A model generated the notes under the pieces. That model was not told the origin of the DNA, ran no database searches, and saw only the letters and a program-made list of their open reading frames with translations. A DNA stretch of 37,233 nucleotides from positions 1 through 37,233 of IMG/VR virus record IMGVR_UViG_3300037511_000194; one strand, written 5' to 3'. This document shows, one piece after another, positions 24,551 to 32,933 of the stretch. Source of the DNA: a virus. Taxonomy: Duplodnaviria > Caudoviricetes. The number at the start of each line of letters is the position of its first letter. The stretch's first letter is position 1. The translations under genes were made by a program, and so were the position numbers.

Positions 24551-24781
24551 CTATGCCCTGCGGCCGGCGATGCTGTTGTGGTACGCGTCAAATGCTTCCG
24601 CCAGCCTTAGCCGCTGGCGGTGGACTTCTGGATGGGTTGGGGCGTTGAAGGAGCAGAGTTGATCCACGTACGCGGACGCCACGTCAATCACAGCCTGTCT
24701 GGCTGCCTCTGCGTCCATGCCGCGTGGAAACTCGCGCTCTCTCATCTCCCCTTCCTGCGCGTTTGGGATTTCCTTAGTCAC
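24551..24781 (-). CDS. Hypothetical protein
   Basis: GTGA overlap at 24781 with GGAGGG RBS. Confidence 0.5.
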   Translation of the reverse strand: MTKEIPNAQEGEMREREFPRGMDAEAARQAVIDVASAYVDQLCSFNAPTHPEVHRQRLRLAEAFDAYHNSIAGRRA

Positions 24782-24966
24782 AAGCCCTCCCCACATACGT
24801 CGCAACATGTGTCGAGCGAATAGCCGTCCAAACTCTCTTCTTCAAACGACGCGTGAACCAATCCCTTACCACAGTTCTCGCATGGATTGGGGTAGTTGCT
24901 CCAGCACCGGCTACAGCGCGGCGAGCCTTCTTCGTGCTCGTCCTCGCAAGCACCCAAACGTCTCAT
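24778..24966 (-). CDS. Small Cys-rich zinc-finger-like protein
   Basis: CSRC, CENCGKGLVH and CCDVCG motifs; ATGA overlap. Confidence 0.6.
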   Translation of the reverse strand: MRRLGACEDEHEEGSPRCSRCWSNYPNPCENCGKGLVHASFEEESLDGYSLDTCCDVCGEGL

Positions 24967-25322
24967 CGTCCCTTCTTCCCTGTCTGGCGCTCTTTGGTGT
25001 ATGGCTGGCGATCGGGCACCTTTGTTGGCGTCGTCTGCACCCCCAGCGGCTGGCGTGTCCAGCCTGCGGGAGTGGTGTCTGCCGGCGCGAGGATAGACGC
25101 AGCCATCGCTTGCGCACGAAGGTGCTCTGAAACAATCTGTTCCGTGGTCACAGCGGGTTTGTTGCATGGCGTCGCGTACGCCTCCACTGCTCTGCGAATC
25201 AGTTCAGACACGGACAGCGCGCGTGAGCCAAGCCGCAAACCCAACTCTGCCGCTTTGCGCTCCCACGCCTGCCAGTCGCCGGGTCGCACGCTGACGGTGC
25301 GCGTCTCTCGCTTGTCGCTCAT
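24963..25322 (-). CDS. Ribbon-helix-helix (CopG/Arc-like) regulator
   Basis: RTVSVRPGDWQAWERKAAE...SVSELIRRAVE. Confidence 0.65.
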   Translation of the reverse strand: MSDKRETRTVSVRPGDWQAWERKAAELGLRLGSRALSVSELIRRAVEAYATPCNKPAVTTEQIVSEHLRAQAMAASILAPADTTPAGWTRQPLGVQTTPTKVPDRQPYTKERQTGKKGR

Positions 25323-25326
25323 GTGC

Positions 25327-25358
25327 CTACAGTAACGCCGGTGACCCCTGTAGCGCAA
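25327..25358 (-). promoter_or_regulatory. Promoter for leaderless RHH gene, with CTACAG/CTGTAG inverted repeat
   Basis: TTGCGC-18 nt-TACTGT-6 nt-ATG; no SD; the inverted repeat abuts or overlaps both boxes. Confidence 0.5.
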
Positions 25359-25380
25359 GTGTTGAGCGTGGTCGTTGTGC

Positions 25381-26889
25381 TTACCGCCGCGCGCTGCGCG
25401 TAGTGGGGACGCCTGCCCACGGGTTCACTGCGGCGCGGTTGTTCAGCATCAGTTCGGTGAAGAGCCACACGACAGCGTCAAGCCGGTTGGGCGATGGATC
25501 GCCAGGGGACCACGTGCACTGCTCTCGTTCCAAGGGAGCGAAGTGGCCCGCGTGGTGCACCCTGCCATCCTCGTATAGTTTCTGTACCGGCTCTGCCCGC
25601 GTGAGCTTTCCCCGGCTGGCGTGGATCAACTTGACGCGAGGCGCCTTGGGCACGGTGCCGATGGTGATCGCCACCATTTCGCCGCCGTTGTTAGCTTCGG
25701 CCACGAGCACATCCGCATTCCACTCGTTGTATGCGTCAACGCTGGCCTGCGCCCACTTCTTCGGCCCGCCCGCCAGGGTCGCATCCCGCAAGAGCACACC
25801 GTGCACCACGCCGCCGCGCTTCTCGATACCGCCAACCATGATCCCGGCTTCGTCGTTGCCCTCAGAGGCGTTGGGATCGACGGCCACCACGATGCGGTAC
25901 AGGCGCCCCGTGTCCTCCGGAGAGAGTGGCACTTCGCGAAACGGGTTGATGTCCCGCTCACGCTGCCAGAGGCCGGATTCCGCCTCCGTTTCGTGCTGTG
26001 CCTCACGCAGAAACGCGCCTCTGCCCCACTCGTTGATCTGCGCTTCGCACGTGGCGAGGTTCTGGCCTTCCCACGTTGCTTCGCCACCCGTGATCCGCCA
26101 GCGCCGCGAGCCGTCTTCTCTGTCCTCATGCTTCAGCGTCAGACCGATTACGGCTGGTTCCTCGAACACCTCCCGGTCCAGAAGGAATTCTGCTTTGCCC
26201 TCTGCCAGTTGCGTGGCTATCGACAGGTCGTGGATGCGGTTCTGAATGAACAGCACGGCGGCATCAGAGGCGCCAGCGGGCAGGATGGATTCAGTGATCG
26301 TCTCTATTTTCTTTTTGATCGTGGGCGGTGAATCATGACGGTCGTCCACGTCGTCGATCACGAACAGGTCGGGCCTATCATCCCCCAACTTGACGCCGCG
26401 TGCAGCCGCGTCCACGCCAAGCGCGAGCACGCTGAATCCGTTGGCCGCGCGGAGAATGTCCATGCGCCAACCGATAGAATTGCCGTAGCCATTGACGGCC
26501 CTGCGGATGCCGAGCGCCTCGAACCTGCTGGCGATGGCTTGGACGTGCTTGTTGGCCTGATCCTGCGTGGCGCAGAGGTAGACGGCGAAGTTGCGGCTGC
26601 GCTTCACCCCCACGCGTGTCACACCCAATTCAGCCGTGCTGCTCTTGGCCCCGCCGCGCGGCCAGATTTCCACGTGGGCGGTGGGCTTTACGCCCGGAAC
26701 CAGTGCCTCAAACCATTCCCAAAGACGCACGTGCCGCAAGGCAAACGGTGCCTTCGCGGCCAGTGGGAAGTTACTGGTTACCCAGGTGCGCCAGTCGCCG
26801 CCCTCAAATAGCCCGGAGAGCAGCGTGTCCATCTCTGCGCGCTCTGGCTCTGTCAAGAAGGGCATTAACGCGCTTAGCTCGTTCGTCAT
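25381..26889 (-). CDS. terL: Terminase large subunit
   Basis: Walker A PRGGAKSS, Walker B LFVIDD, and nuclease motifs VAVDP, AEANNGG, SPNRLDA. Confidence 0.95.
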   Translation of the reverse strand: MTNELSALMPFLTEPERAEMDTLLSGLFEGGDWRTWVTSNFPLAAKAPFALRHVRLWEWFEALVPGVKPTAHVEIWPRGGAKSSTAELGVTRVGVKRSRNFAVYLCATQDQANKHVQAIASRFEALGIRRAVNGYGNSIGWRMDILRAANGFSVLALGVDAAARGVKLGDDRPDLFVIDDVDDRHDSPPTIKKKIETITESILPAGASDAAVLFIQNRIHDLSIATQLAEGKAEFLLDREVFEEPAVIGLTLKHEDREDGSRRWRITGGEATWEGQNLATCEAQINEWGRGAFLREAQHETEAESGLWQRERDINPFREVPLSPEDTGRLYRIVVAVDPNASEGNDEAGIMVGGIEKRGGVVHGVLLRDATLAGGPKKWAQASVDAYNEWNADVLVAEANNGGEMVAITIGTVPKAPRVKLIHASRGKLTRAEPVQKLYEDGRVHHAGHFAPLEREQCTWSPGDPSPNRLDAVVWLFTELMLNNRAAVNPWAGVPTTRSARR

Positions 26890-27244
26890 CCGTCAGGGCT
26901 GCGGTGATGCTGGTGGGCTGCTCCCTCAGGAGGCGCATCTTGTCGATGGCGATGCCGAGCGAGACGGAAACGTTGGACAGATTCGCATCGCTGATCTTGT
27001 CGCCGATGCTGTCCATCAGAACGTGCGCCAGGGCCTCCAGACGGTCCGCGAGGTCTTCTCTTTTTCCGGTGCGCATCTGCGCAACCTCTTCGTGCACGCC
27101 GCGTTCATTGGCCCAACAGTCCAAGGTTTTGTGGGGAATACCGAGCGCGATTGCGGTAGCCCTGACGTTCCCGCCTTTCGCGTCCAGCGCAGCAAGGGCT
27201 TCCGCCTTTTGTGAATCTGAATACCTGCGGCGTTCACGTGCCAT
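26804..27244 (-). CDS. Terminase small subunit (HTH)
   Basis: RRYSDSQKAEALA..GNVRATAIALGIPHKTL HTH; GIAIDKMRLL; directly upstream of TerL. Confidence 0.7.
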   Translation of the reverse strand: MARERRRYSDSQKAEALAALDAKGGNVRATAIALGIPHKTLDCWANERGVHEEVAQMRTGKREDLADRLEALAHVLMDSIGDKISDANLSNVSVSLGIAIDKMRLLREQPTSITAALTDDERAKRVNALLDRARARRDGHAALRAI

Positions 27245-27250
27245 GCTATG

Positions 27251-27280
27251 AGAGTACCCGTCAGGAGGGAGAAAGGTCAA
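27251..27280 (-). promoter_or_regulatory. Promoter for leaderless terS transcript
   Basis: TTGACC-18 nt-TACTCT-6 nt-ATG(27244); no SD. Confidence 0.5.
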
Positions 27281-27431
27281 GGCTCACACCGGAGCAGGCC
27301 GCGGCGTGCCTGCGAAAGCCGTTGGCGGTGAACAGCCTGCCGCACTTCGGACAGGGACGCCGCGGGTGTTTCAGCGGACGCTTCAGTTCTCGCGGCGTCA
27401 GGTGCACGAAGTCATCGTCTGGCTGATTGAT
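27261..27431 (-). CDS. Small C2HC zinc-finger ORF, start uncertain
   Basis: CPKCGRLFTANGFRRHAAAC; frame opens with ATC right after the upstream TAA; first canonical start is GTG 27407. Confidence 0.4.
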   Translation of the reverse strand: MNQPDDDFVHLTPRELKRPLKHPRRPCPKCGRLFTANGFRRHAAACSGVSLDLSPS

Positions 27432-27617
27432 TTAGACCTCTGCGTACACCTCTGCCAAGTCGGCTTCCAGTTCACGAATCCGCTCCACCAGCGCGCGCAC
27501 TTCCGTAACAGGGAGGCGCAGGAAGGAGTAGTCTTCTGCCTCCAAAATGCCACAGTGCCGCAGATAATCGTCCAGCAGTTCGGGTGTCACCTCTACCCGC
27601 TCGGATGCGCGATTCAT
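27432..27617 (-). CDS. Hypothetical protein
   Basis: ATGA overlap; VRALVERIRELEA coiled coil. Confidence 0.55.
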   Translation of the reverse strand: MNRASERVEVTPELLDDYLRHCGILEAEDYSFLRLPVTEVRALVERIRELEADLAEVYAEV

Positions 27618-27853
27618 CGGACGTGCTCCAGTGCATCGGCAATTTCGCGCGCCACCTGTTCGGAAGAGCACGCAGCAACGAATTCACCGAGCGCAAACCC
27701 GCGCTGGTTGTCCCAAACGGCGTACGGCAGTCGTTCCACGTCCAATCCCCGAAGCGCTTCACAGGTGATCGGGCTGTCAGTCGCGCGCACCTCGAATCTG
27801 CGGCCTTTCCTGCGGCGGCGAGGCGCCCGCTCGGATGCGTGGTCGGTAGTCAT
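27614..27853 (-). CDS. Hypothetical protein
   Basis: GGAGGTG RBS region; coupled stop. Confidence 0.55.
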   Translation of the reverse strand: MTTDHASERAPRRRRKGRRFEVRATDSPITCEALRGLDVERLPYAVWDNQRGFALGEFVAACSSEQVAREIADALEHVR

Positions 27854-27915
27854 GCGCTCACACCTCCATCAGGTTCATTTGCCTGCCCGGTGTGAAAGCC
27901 ACCAGCGCATGGGGG

Positions 27916-28200
27916 TTACACACCTGTCACGTCGAATCCGAGTGCCTTCAGAGCGTTGACGGGGTTGCGGTAGAGGGGAATATCACCGGTCTCGTCGGGT
28001 GTAGCCGGGCCTTGCCAGAGCTTGCCGCACAGAAGCGCGCGAGCGTTGGTGCCACAGTGCACGAGCGCATAACTGTAGAGCGAATCCACCAGCGGAGCCA
28101 GCCTCCACTCTGGATTGCATTCCACGATTCTCTCCGCAGCGGCTACTTGCTCGCCCACCACTGCATCCCACGCGGCCCTTTCCAGTTCGGCGGCGTCCAT
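27916..28200 (-). CDS. Hypothetical protein
   Basis: GGAG RBS and ATG 28200. Confidence 0.55.
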   Translation of the reverse strand: MDAAELERAAWDAVVGEQVAAAERIVECNPEWRLAPLVDSLYSYALVHCGTNARALLCGKLWQGPATPDETGDIPLYRNPVNALKALGFDVTGV

Positions 28201-28228
28201 CGTTCGTTGCTCCGGTTGAAGGTTCAAG

Positions 28229-28258
28229 CGTGCTGGCGGCTGTCACACCGCCAGCACG
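28229..28258. terminator. 11-bp perfect intergenic hairpin (possible terminator or processing site)
   Basis: CGTGCTGGCGG-CTGTCACA-CCGCCAGCACG; only a weak U tract. Confidence 0.45.
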
Positions 28259-28268
28259 GGTAGGGGCG

Positions 28269-28688
28269 TCAGTCGTAGTCGGGGGCCACCGTGAACGGGG
28301 CGCCGAAGTCGTCGCACCGCACCCCGAACGCTTCGGACTCGGCGCAGTAGGGGCACTCACATCCGGCCTCGTGGTCGGGGACGCCGTCGAAGATGCCGGA
28401 GTTGCGGTGCGCAAACGCGGCCCCCATCCGGATGATATTGCCCCAAGTGTTCCACGGAGCACCTGCGTCCCGTCCATCGAAGTCGCGGCGTGCCTGCCAG
28501 TGCTCGGAGTAGTATCCTCCCGTGTCCAGCGACCCGTCCGGAGCGACGTTCCACACGACCCACGGCGTGAGCGGGTGCGGCGTGCTTTCCTCCGTGTTGA
28601 AACGGTAGACCAGTACGCGCGAGAACGGGCCAGAGCGCTCGTCGTGCACCGTGTAGCCGGTCTCCATAGTCAGCTCGTCGCGCTTCAT
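28269..28688 (-). CDS. Hypothetical protein
   Basis: GGAG RBS; PWVVW...GGYY...ARRDF motif and C-terminal HEAGCECPYC. Confidence 0.65.
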   Translation of the reverse strand: MKRDELTMETGYTVHDERSGPFSRVLVYRFNTEESTPHPLTPWVVWNVAPDGSLDTGGYYSEHWQARRDFDGRDAGAPWNTWGNIIRMGAAFAHRNSGIFDGVPDHEAGCECPYCAESEAFGVRCDDFGAPFTVAPDYD

Positions 28689-28724
28689 CGTTCGCTCCGT
28701 TGGTCGTGAGGTGCAGGGGTGCGG

Positions 28725-28991
28725 TCAGGCGTAGGCGCCGACGCGCCAGACGCGGTGCATCGCTGGACGGTTAGTAGTGCGCTTCGACTGATTCTCGTTG
28801 TAGTCCACACTCTCCACGATGCCGCGCAGGTTGAACGTGGCGCGCTTCAGCACCTTGGCGACCTTCTCCGCCGCGTCACGGGACCAGCAGGTCACGATCA
28901 CCTGAGAGCCGAATGCATCCACGTCCTTGAACTTCAGGCCGCCGGAGCGAAGGATGCTTTCAAGCCGCGCGGTCATCGTGGGGTCACCCAT
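28725..28991 (-). CDS. Hypothetical protein
   Basis: GGAG RBS; first gene after the promoter at 29041-29069. Confidence 0.6.
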   Translation of the reverse strand: MGDPTMTARLESILRSGGLKFKDVDAFGSQVIVTCWSRDAAEKVAKVLKRATFNLRGIVESVDYNENQSKRTTNRPAMHRVWRVGAYA

Positions 28992-29040
28992 CGTCCGTTC
29001 TCCGTGGTCACGAGTGCAGGGTGCGTCCTACCTGACAGGC

Positions 29041-29083
29041 AATCTAAGCACCCTCCCCGGTCCTGTCAACCCCCACGTTGATA
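29041..29083 (-). promoter_or_regulatory. Sigma70 promoter with TCAAC-N6-GTTGA operator (copy 1)
   Basis: TTGACA-17 nt-TAGATT; inverted repeat 29066-29081 overlaps the -35 box. Confidence 0.75.
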
Positions 29084-29292
29084 AAGGTTGAGATGTCCTC
29101 TCCGAAAAACGAGGCGATGAGGTGCGCCGTGGTGAGCTTGGGCACGTATCCAGCCTCCGTCTCCATGCGGGAGAGGCTTTGGGGCTTCATGCCGATCCGC
29201 TCACCCATCGCTGCCAGGGTGAGCCCTGCGCCGTCGCGGTGGCGGCGCAGGGAGGCTTGGAAGCGGGCGGCCACATCGGAAGAGAGGGCCAC
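29044..29292 (-). CDS. XRE-family helix-turn-helix regulator
   Basis: LRRHRDGAGLTLAAMGERIGMKPQSLSRMET...PKLTTAHLIASFFG. Confidence 0.85.
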   Translation of the reverse strand: MALSSDVAARFQASLRRHRDGAGLTLAAMGERIGMKPQSLSRMETEAGYVPKLTTAHLIASFFGEDISTFINVGVDRTGEGA

Positions 29293-29295
29293 GGG

Positions 29296-29709
29296 TCAAG
29301 CCGCCTTGGGTGGACAGAGCGCCACGTACACGGAGCGCCGGTCGTAGTCCGCCATCGCCAACTGCATCGCCATGTGTCGCGTGCGCTCCTGCTCCGGCGT
29401 TTCGTCGGTGCAGCCGGTGTAGGCGTGCATCAGTCCCGAAAGTGCGCCGTCGCGCTGGTAGCCAGCGTCCGGATCATCCGCGTTCTCCGCGGGCTCGATG
29501 CCGTGCGCCATCAGGTCCAGCGCTTCGTCGTATGCCTTCGGCTTCCACGAGTCAGCCCCTGGATTGGCGAAGGGGACGGCGATGGTGGAGCAGCCGTTGG
29601 ATCTCCAGACGTAGCCGCGCGGGGTGTCAACGTTGAGATCGTAATCGTGCCAGTCGATTTCCGCGCCGACTGCCGCTGCCGCCTTCTCTAGATCGCTACG
29701 CTTCGCCAT
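29296..29709 (-). CDS. Hypothetical protein
   Basis: ATG 29709 with GGAG RBS, downstream of promoter copy 2. Confidence 0.6.
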   Translation of the reverse strand: MAKRSDLEKAAAAVGAEIDWHDYDLNVDTPRGYVWRSNGCSTIAVPFANPGADSWKPKAYDEALDLMAHGIEPAENADDPDAGYQRDGALSGLMHAYTGCTDETPEQERTRHMAMQLAMADYDRRSVYVALCPPKAA

Positions 29710-29758
29710 CGTTCGCTCCGGATTGATGGGTAGACCGCGTTCCTGCCCTACATCTACC

Positions 29759-29801
29759 AATCTAACACCCTTCGCGTCCCCTGTCAACCCCAAGGTTGAT
29801 A
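29759..29801 (-). promoter_or_regulatory. Sigma70 promoter with TCAAC-N6-GTTGA operator (copy 2)
   Basis: TTGACA-17 nt-TAGATT; inverted repeat 29784-29799. Confidence 0.75.
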
Positions 29802-29893
29802 CAACCCGGTGACAGAATGTCCAGCCGCAAGTCACAGTTTGTCCAATGGTCGCTTCTCCCGTTCCACTCTCTCCCGTACGGCTCTCCACCTTC

Positions 29894-30055
29894 TCACCCA
29901 AGGCTGGGACCGATGGGAGGAAGAATGCCCAAGGCTGCACAGCGGCGGTAGAAGGCGGCGTTCAGCGAAGCGAGCATGGCCTCTCCTGCGGCGTGCTCGC
30001 GCTGGGCTCTCCACAGGTCCGGTGCGGCGGGTTTGTCGGCGGTCGCGTCGGTCAT
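29894..30055 (-). CDS. 53-aa hypothetical protein (not in ORF track)
   Basis: GGAGG RBS and ATGA overlap; MTDATADKPAAPDLWRAQREH... Confidence 0.45.
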   Translation of the reverse strand: MTDATADKPAAPDLWRAQREHAAGEAMLASLNAAFYRRCAALGILPPIGPSLG

Positions 30056-30258
30056 GCTTGCCTCCGGTGGCGAGCGCCTTTGCGCTCTTGTTTCTGCCGC
30101 TCACGCTTCATGCGCTCGTGGAAGCCTACTTCCTTGCCGGAGCAGTATTCGCACTGCGCGGGGCCTTCGTGATAGAAGTCAACAATCACCTCACGCGTGC
30201 AGGTTGAGCAGGTGGTATAGCGGAACGCGGGCACGGGCGGCGGCGCGGCTTCGCTCAT
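30052..30258 (-). CDS. Small zinc-ribbon protein
   Basis: CSTC...CEYC; ATGA overlap at 30258. Confidence 0.55.
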   Translation of the reverse strand: MSEAAPPPVPAFRYTTCSTCTREVIVDFYHEGPAQCEYCSGKEVGFHERMKRERQKQERKGARHRRQA

Positions 30259-31088
30259 TTCCATTCTCCCCACGGATCAACCTCGCGCGTCGGCTCGCGT
30301 CGGTCGGGTCCGCGCAGCACGGCACCCTTGAGGTTGGCCGCCATGCGGCTGGTGAGCTTCCCCCACTCCGGCGAACGCTCCGCCAGTTGCCTGCGCCCAT
30401 AGTTGCTGGTGTAGATCGTGGGCTTGCCCGCGCGCTGCTCCATCAGCCTGAACATGTGCGGCGTCACGTCGTCGCCAGAGCCTTCCGTGCCCACGTCGTC
30501 AAGCACCAGCACGTCCGCCCACGCATAGCGGGATACAACCTGCGCCGCCGTGGTATCCGAGCCACGGCCGTATGTGTTGCGTACCTGGGCAATCAGGTCC
30601 GCGCTCGTGATCCACATGAGCGAAGGCCAGTTTTCGTCCCTGCCGCCCTCAAAACGGTAGATGCGGCCCAAGCCCCTTTCGGCCAGCGCCAGCAGCGCAG
30701 CGGCGGCCAGATGGCTCTTGCCGTTTCCGTACGCCGCCTGCTCGCCGGGCCGTTCGGAGGTGAGCAACAGGCTGGGGCCGCCGTCAGGCTTGCCCGCCGC
30801 AAACCATCGCTCCGTAGCGTCCACCCACGTTCTCGCCAGCGCCAGCGCACCTCGGTCGGGGTTCGGATCGAAGGTGGCGAAGGACGCGTGGCGCACCTTC
30901 GTGGGCAACTGCCGCCGTACGAGGTGAATCAGCGCCGCCCGTTCTTCGGCCGCGTCATCCACCGAAGTCGTCGGGGACAATGGTCGGGTCTCCGTCAGCA
31001 ACCGACTGGCCCTGCTGGCGATAGCGCCAAGCGTCTCTATCTCCCCGCCCCGTGCCGTTGCTTCGTCCGTTGCCATTCGATCCCCCAT
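30255..31088 (-). CDS. DnaC/IstB-like AAA+ ATPase (helicase loader)
   Basis: ASFATF, GNGKSHLA Walker A, LVLDDVG Walker B, PTIYTSN, SRM. Confidence 0.88.
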   Translation of the reverse strand: MGDRMATDEATARGGEIETLGAIASRASRLLTETRPLSPTTSVDDAAEERAALIHLVRRQLPTKVRHASFATFDPNPDRGALALARTWVDATERWFAAGKPDGGPSLLLTSERPGEQAAYGNGKSHLAAAALLALAERGLGRIYRFEGGRDENWPSLMWITSADLIAQVRNTYGRGSDTTAAQVVSRYAWADVLVLDDVGTEGSGDDVTPHMFRLMEQRAGKPTIYTSNYGRRQLAERSPEWGKLTSRMAANLKGAVLRGPDRREPTREVDPWGEWK

Positions 31089-31821
31089 CAGTGACTGGAG
31101 CGGTCAGTGCCGCCTGAAACTCCCGCTTGAAGTCCAGCAAATCCCAAGGCTGGCCCCTGCTGTATTTGAACAGGTGAGGCATCCCTTGAATCGCCCGGTT
31201 GATCTGCTCTGGTGTTCGTTCCTCGCATATCAGCCGCGCGGCTCTGCCCTGTTTGCCTATCTCGCTATCCGGCGGTCTTGCTCCGGTCGCTTTCTCTTCC
31301 CGCTTGATCCACCATCCCAAAAGGTTCTCACCGGCATCCGGCGCGGCACGCGCCCCCTCCGGAGGAGGGGGTTGTAGTTCTGTCTCTTCTTTCTTCTCTA
31401 TCTCTTCTCCTCTATCTGTGCGTTTCGTGGCGTTACGTGGCGTTACACGTCGTGACTTGGGTTTCTCTGGCGTTTCTTGGCGTTGCCGCTCCCGAAACGC
31501 GCGCACTCTATCTTTGCTGTCATCAACGCGTTCGCGCTTGGGCTGCTCTGTCTCCCAATCTATGATTCTCATTCCGTCCAGTGCCTTGCCCTGCATCGCC
31601 TCTCGAATGCTCGCTACGGCCTGCGGTTCTATATCCAAGGCTATAGCGGCTCCTTCGTCATCCCATCCCACCAGCGTTCCGCGCGGTGTCGCACGAGACG
31701 CGTTGTCCTCCATCAGATCCCATACGGCGAGCACGAACGCCACCGGTTGCGAGGCCCGGCGAGCGACGAGGCGCCATCTAGGGTTGAGGGCTGCGCCGTG
31801 GTGGCGACGGAACCAATCCAC
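30955..31821 (-). CDS. Phage replication initiator protein
   Basis: MDWFRRHHG...P.W..VAR N-terminus, WETEQPKRE..DSKDRVRAFRERQ linker; directly upstream of the DnaC-like gene. Confidence 0.7.
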   Translation of the reverse strand: MDWFRRHHGAALNPRWRLVARRASQPVAFVLAVWDLMEDNASRATPRGTLVGWDDEGAAIALDIEPQAVASIREAMQGKALDGMRIIDWETEQPKRERVDDSKDRVRAFRERQRQETPEKPKSRRVTPRNATKRTDRGEEIEKKEETELQPPPPEGARAAPDAGENLLGWWIKREEKATGARPPDSEIGKQGRAARLICEERTPEQINRAIQGMPHLFKYSRGQPWDLLDFKREFQAALTAPVTDGGSNGNGRSNGTGRGDRDAWRYRQQGQSVADGDPTIVPDDFGG

Positions 31822-31825
31822 AGGA

Positions 31826-32125
31826 CTAGGCCGCGTGGCGCATGGCGAGCAACTGCCGGTCGCACTCTGCGGCAGCCGCTACAATGGCCCGTGCGTGCGT
31901 GTCTACGGCCCTACGGAGCGCGGCAACGTCGCTGGCGTCCTCTGAGCCAGCCAAGCGGTCGAACACGTCCCGTAGCGCGTGAGACAGCCTTCCGTGATAG
32001 CCGTGGTCGGTGTCTCGCTCCTGCCCGAACGTCGCCCCCTCTTTCTGGATCGTGGCGACGCGCGTAACGGTCCACTGGATACCGTCGAACGCAAGGCGGA
32101 ACTGGTTGATGCGCAGGTCTAGCAT
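31826..32125 (-). CDS. Hypothetical protein
   Basis: ORF with D..QW....GYH..L..AL pattern. Confidence 0.55.
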   Translation of the reverse strand: MLDLRINQFRLAFDGIQWTVTRVATIQKEGATFGQERDTDHGYHGRLSHALRDVFDRLAGSEDASDVAALRRAVDTHARAIVAAAAECDRQLLAMRHAA

Positions 32126-32171
32126 GGCGGGTCAGGCGCTTTCAGCGCGGGCAGAGGTGACGATGGGGGAA

Positions 32172-32654
32172 TCAGGCCGCATGGACGGCAGCGGGCAGGA
32201 GACGCAGTGGGCGGCCAGCGCTGATCTGATGCGCGTGGCTCGCCAGCAGTTCACGCATCGTGACGGTTTCGCCCGTGCCGGGGTCGATCACCTCAACGCT
32301 GTCCATGAATGCGGCGCCCACGTCCTTCAAGCCGAGATGGACGGCTAGGAGCAGTTGTTCGGTCAGGTCTTTCAGGTGACGCCACGCGATGCGTAGTGCC
32401 TGTTGGCGGCGTTCGGCAAGCGTCCATGTGGGGCGGCGCAGCATCTCCATGATGCGCTCCGTTCTGGCATCCATCCGCACCGGAACCTCGCCCAACTCCG
32501 TGCGCAGCGCAAAGCGGATAGCGCAGAGTTCCCCGCGCTCGTTCCACTGCTGCTCAAAGCGAGACGCGCCGTACTTCGCCACCAGGGCAGCGATTTCTCC
32601 CGCGCTCTTCTCCGCCGCGATGGACGTAGTTTCGTACTTAATGGCCTGTGCCAT
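32172..32654 (-). CDS. Conserved-looking phage hypothetical protein
   Basis: GGAG RBS; YETTSIAAEKSAGEIAALVAKYGA...QALRIAWRHLKD. Confidence 0.65.
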   Translation of the reverse strand: MAQAIKYETTSIAAEKSAGEIAALVAKYGASRFEQQWNERGELCAIRFALRTELGEVPVRMDARTERIMEMLRRPTWTLAERRQQALRIAWRHLKDLTEQLLLAVHLGLKDVGAAFMDSVEVIDPGTGETVTMRELLASHAHQISAGRPLRLLPAAVHAA

Positions 32655-32705
32655 CGTCTCTGCTCCATACACGGGGACTGGACATGGGGAACCTCACGCT
32701 AGGCG

Positions 32706-32933
32706 TTAGTCGGGGAAGTCATCTAGACGTTCCCAGAGGAGAGTAAATCTACCCCGGCCTTCGTCAACAGCGAGGCCACATTCCACCAGTAAGGCGCAGG
32801 CGTCTTCGTAAGCGGACAGGCAACCATCCGAAACGACGGTGCGCGGGAAGTGCTCCTCCCCTGCCGCTTGCGCAAGAACGTCCATCAACGTCTCAGCAAG
32901 TCGTTGGCGGGTTAAAAGAGGAAGACCAGACAC
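32706..32933 (-). CDS. Hypothetical protein
   Basis: GTG start with GGGGGT RBS; GCLSAYEDA motif. Confidence 0.5.
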   Translation of the reverse strand: MSGLPLLTRQRLAETLMDVLAQAAGEEHFPRTVVSDGCLSAYEDACALLVECGLAVDEGRGRFTLLWERLDDFPD

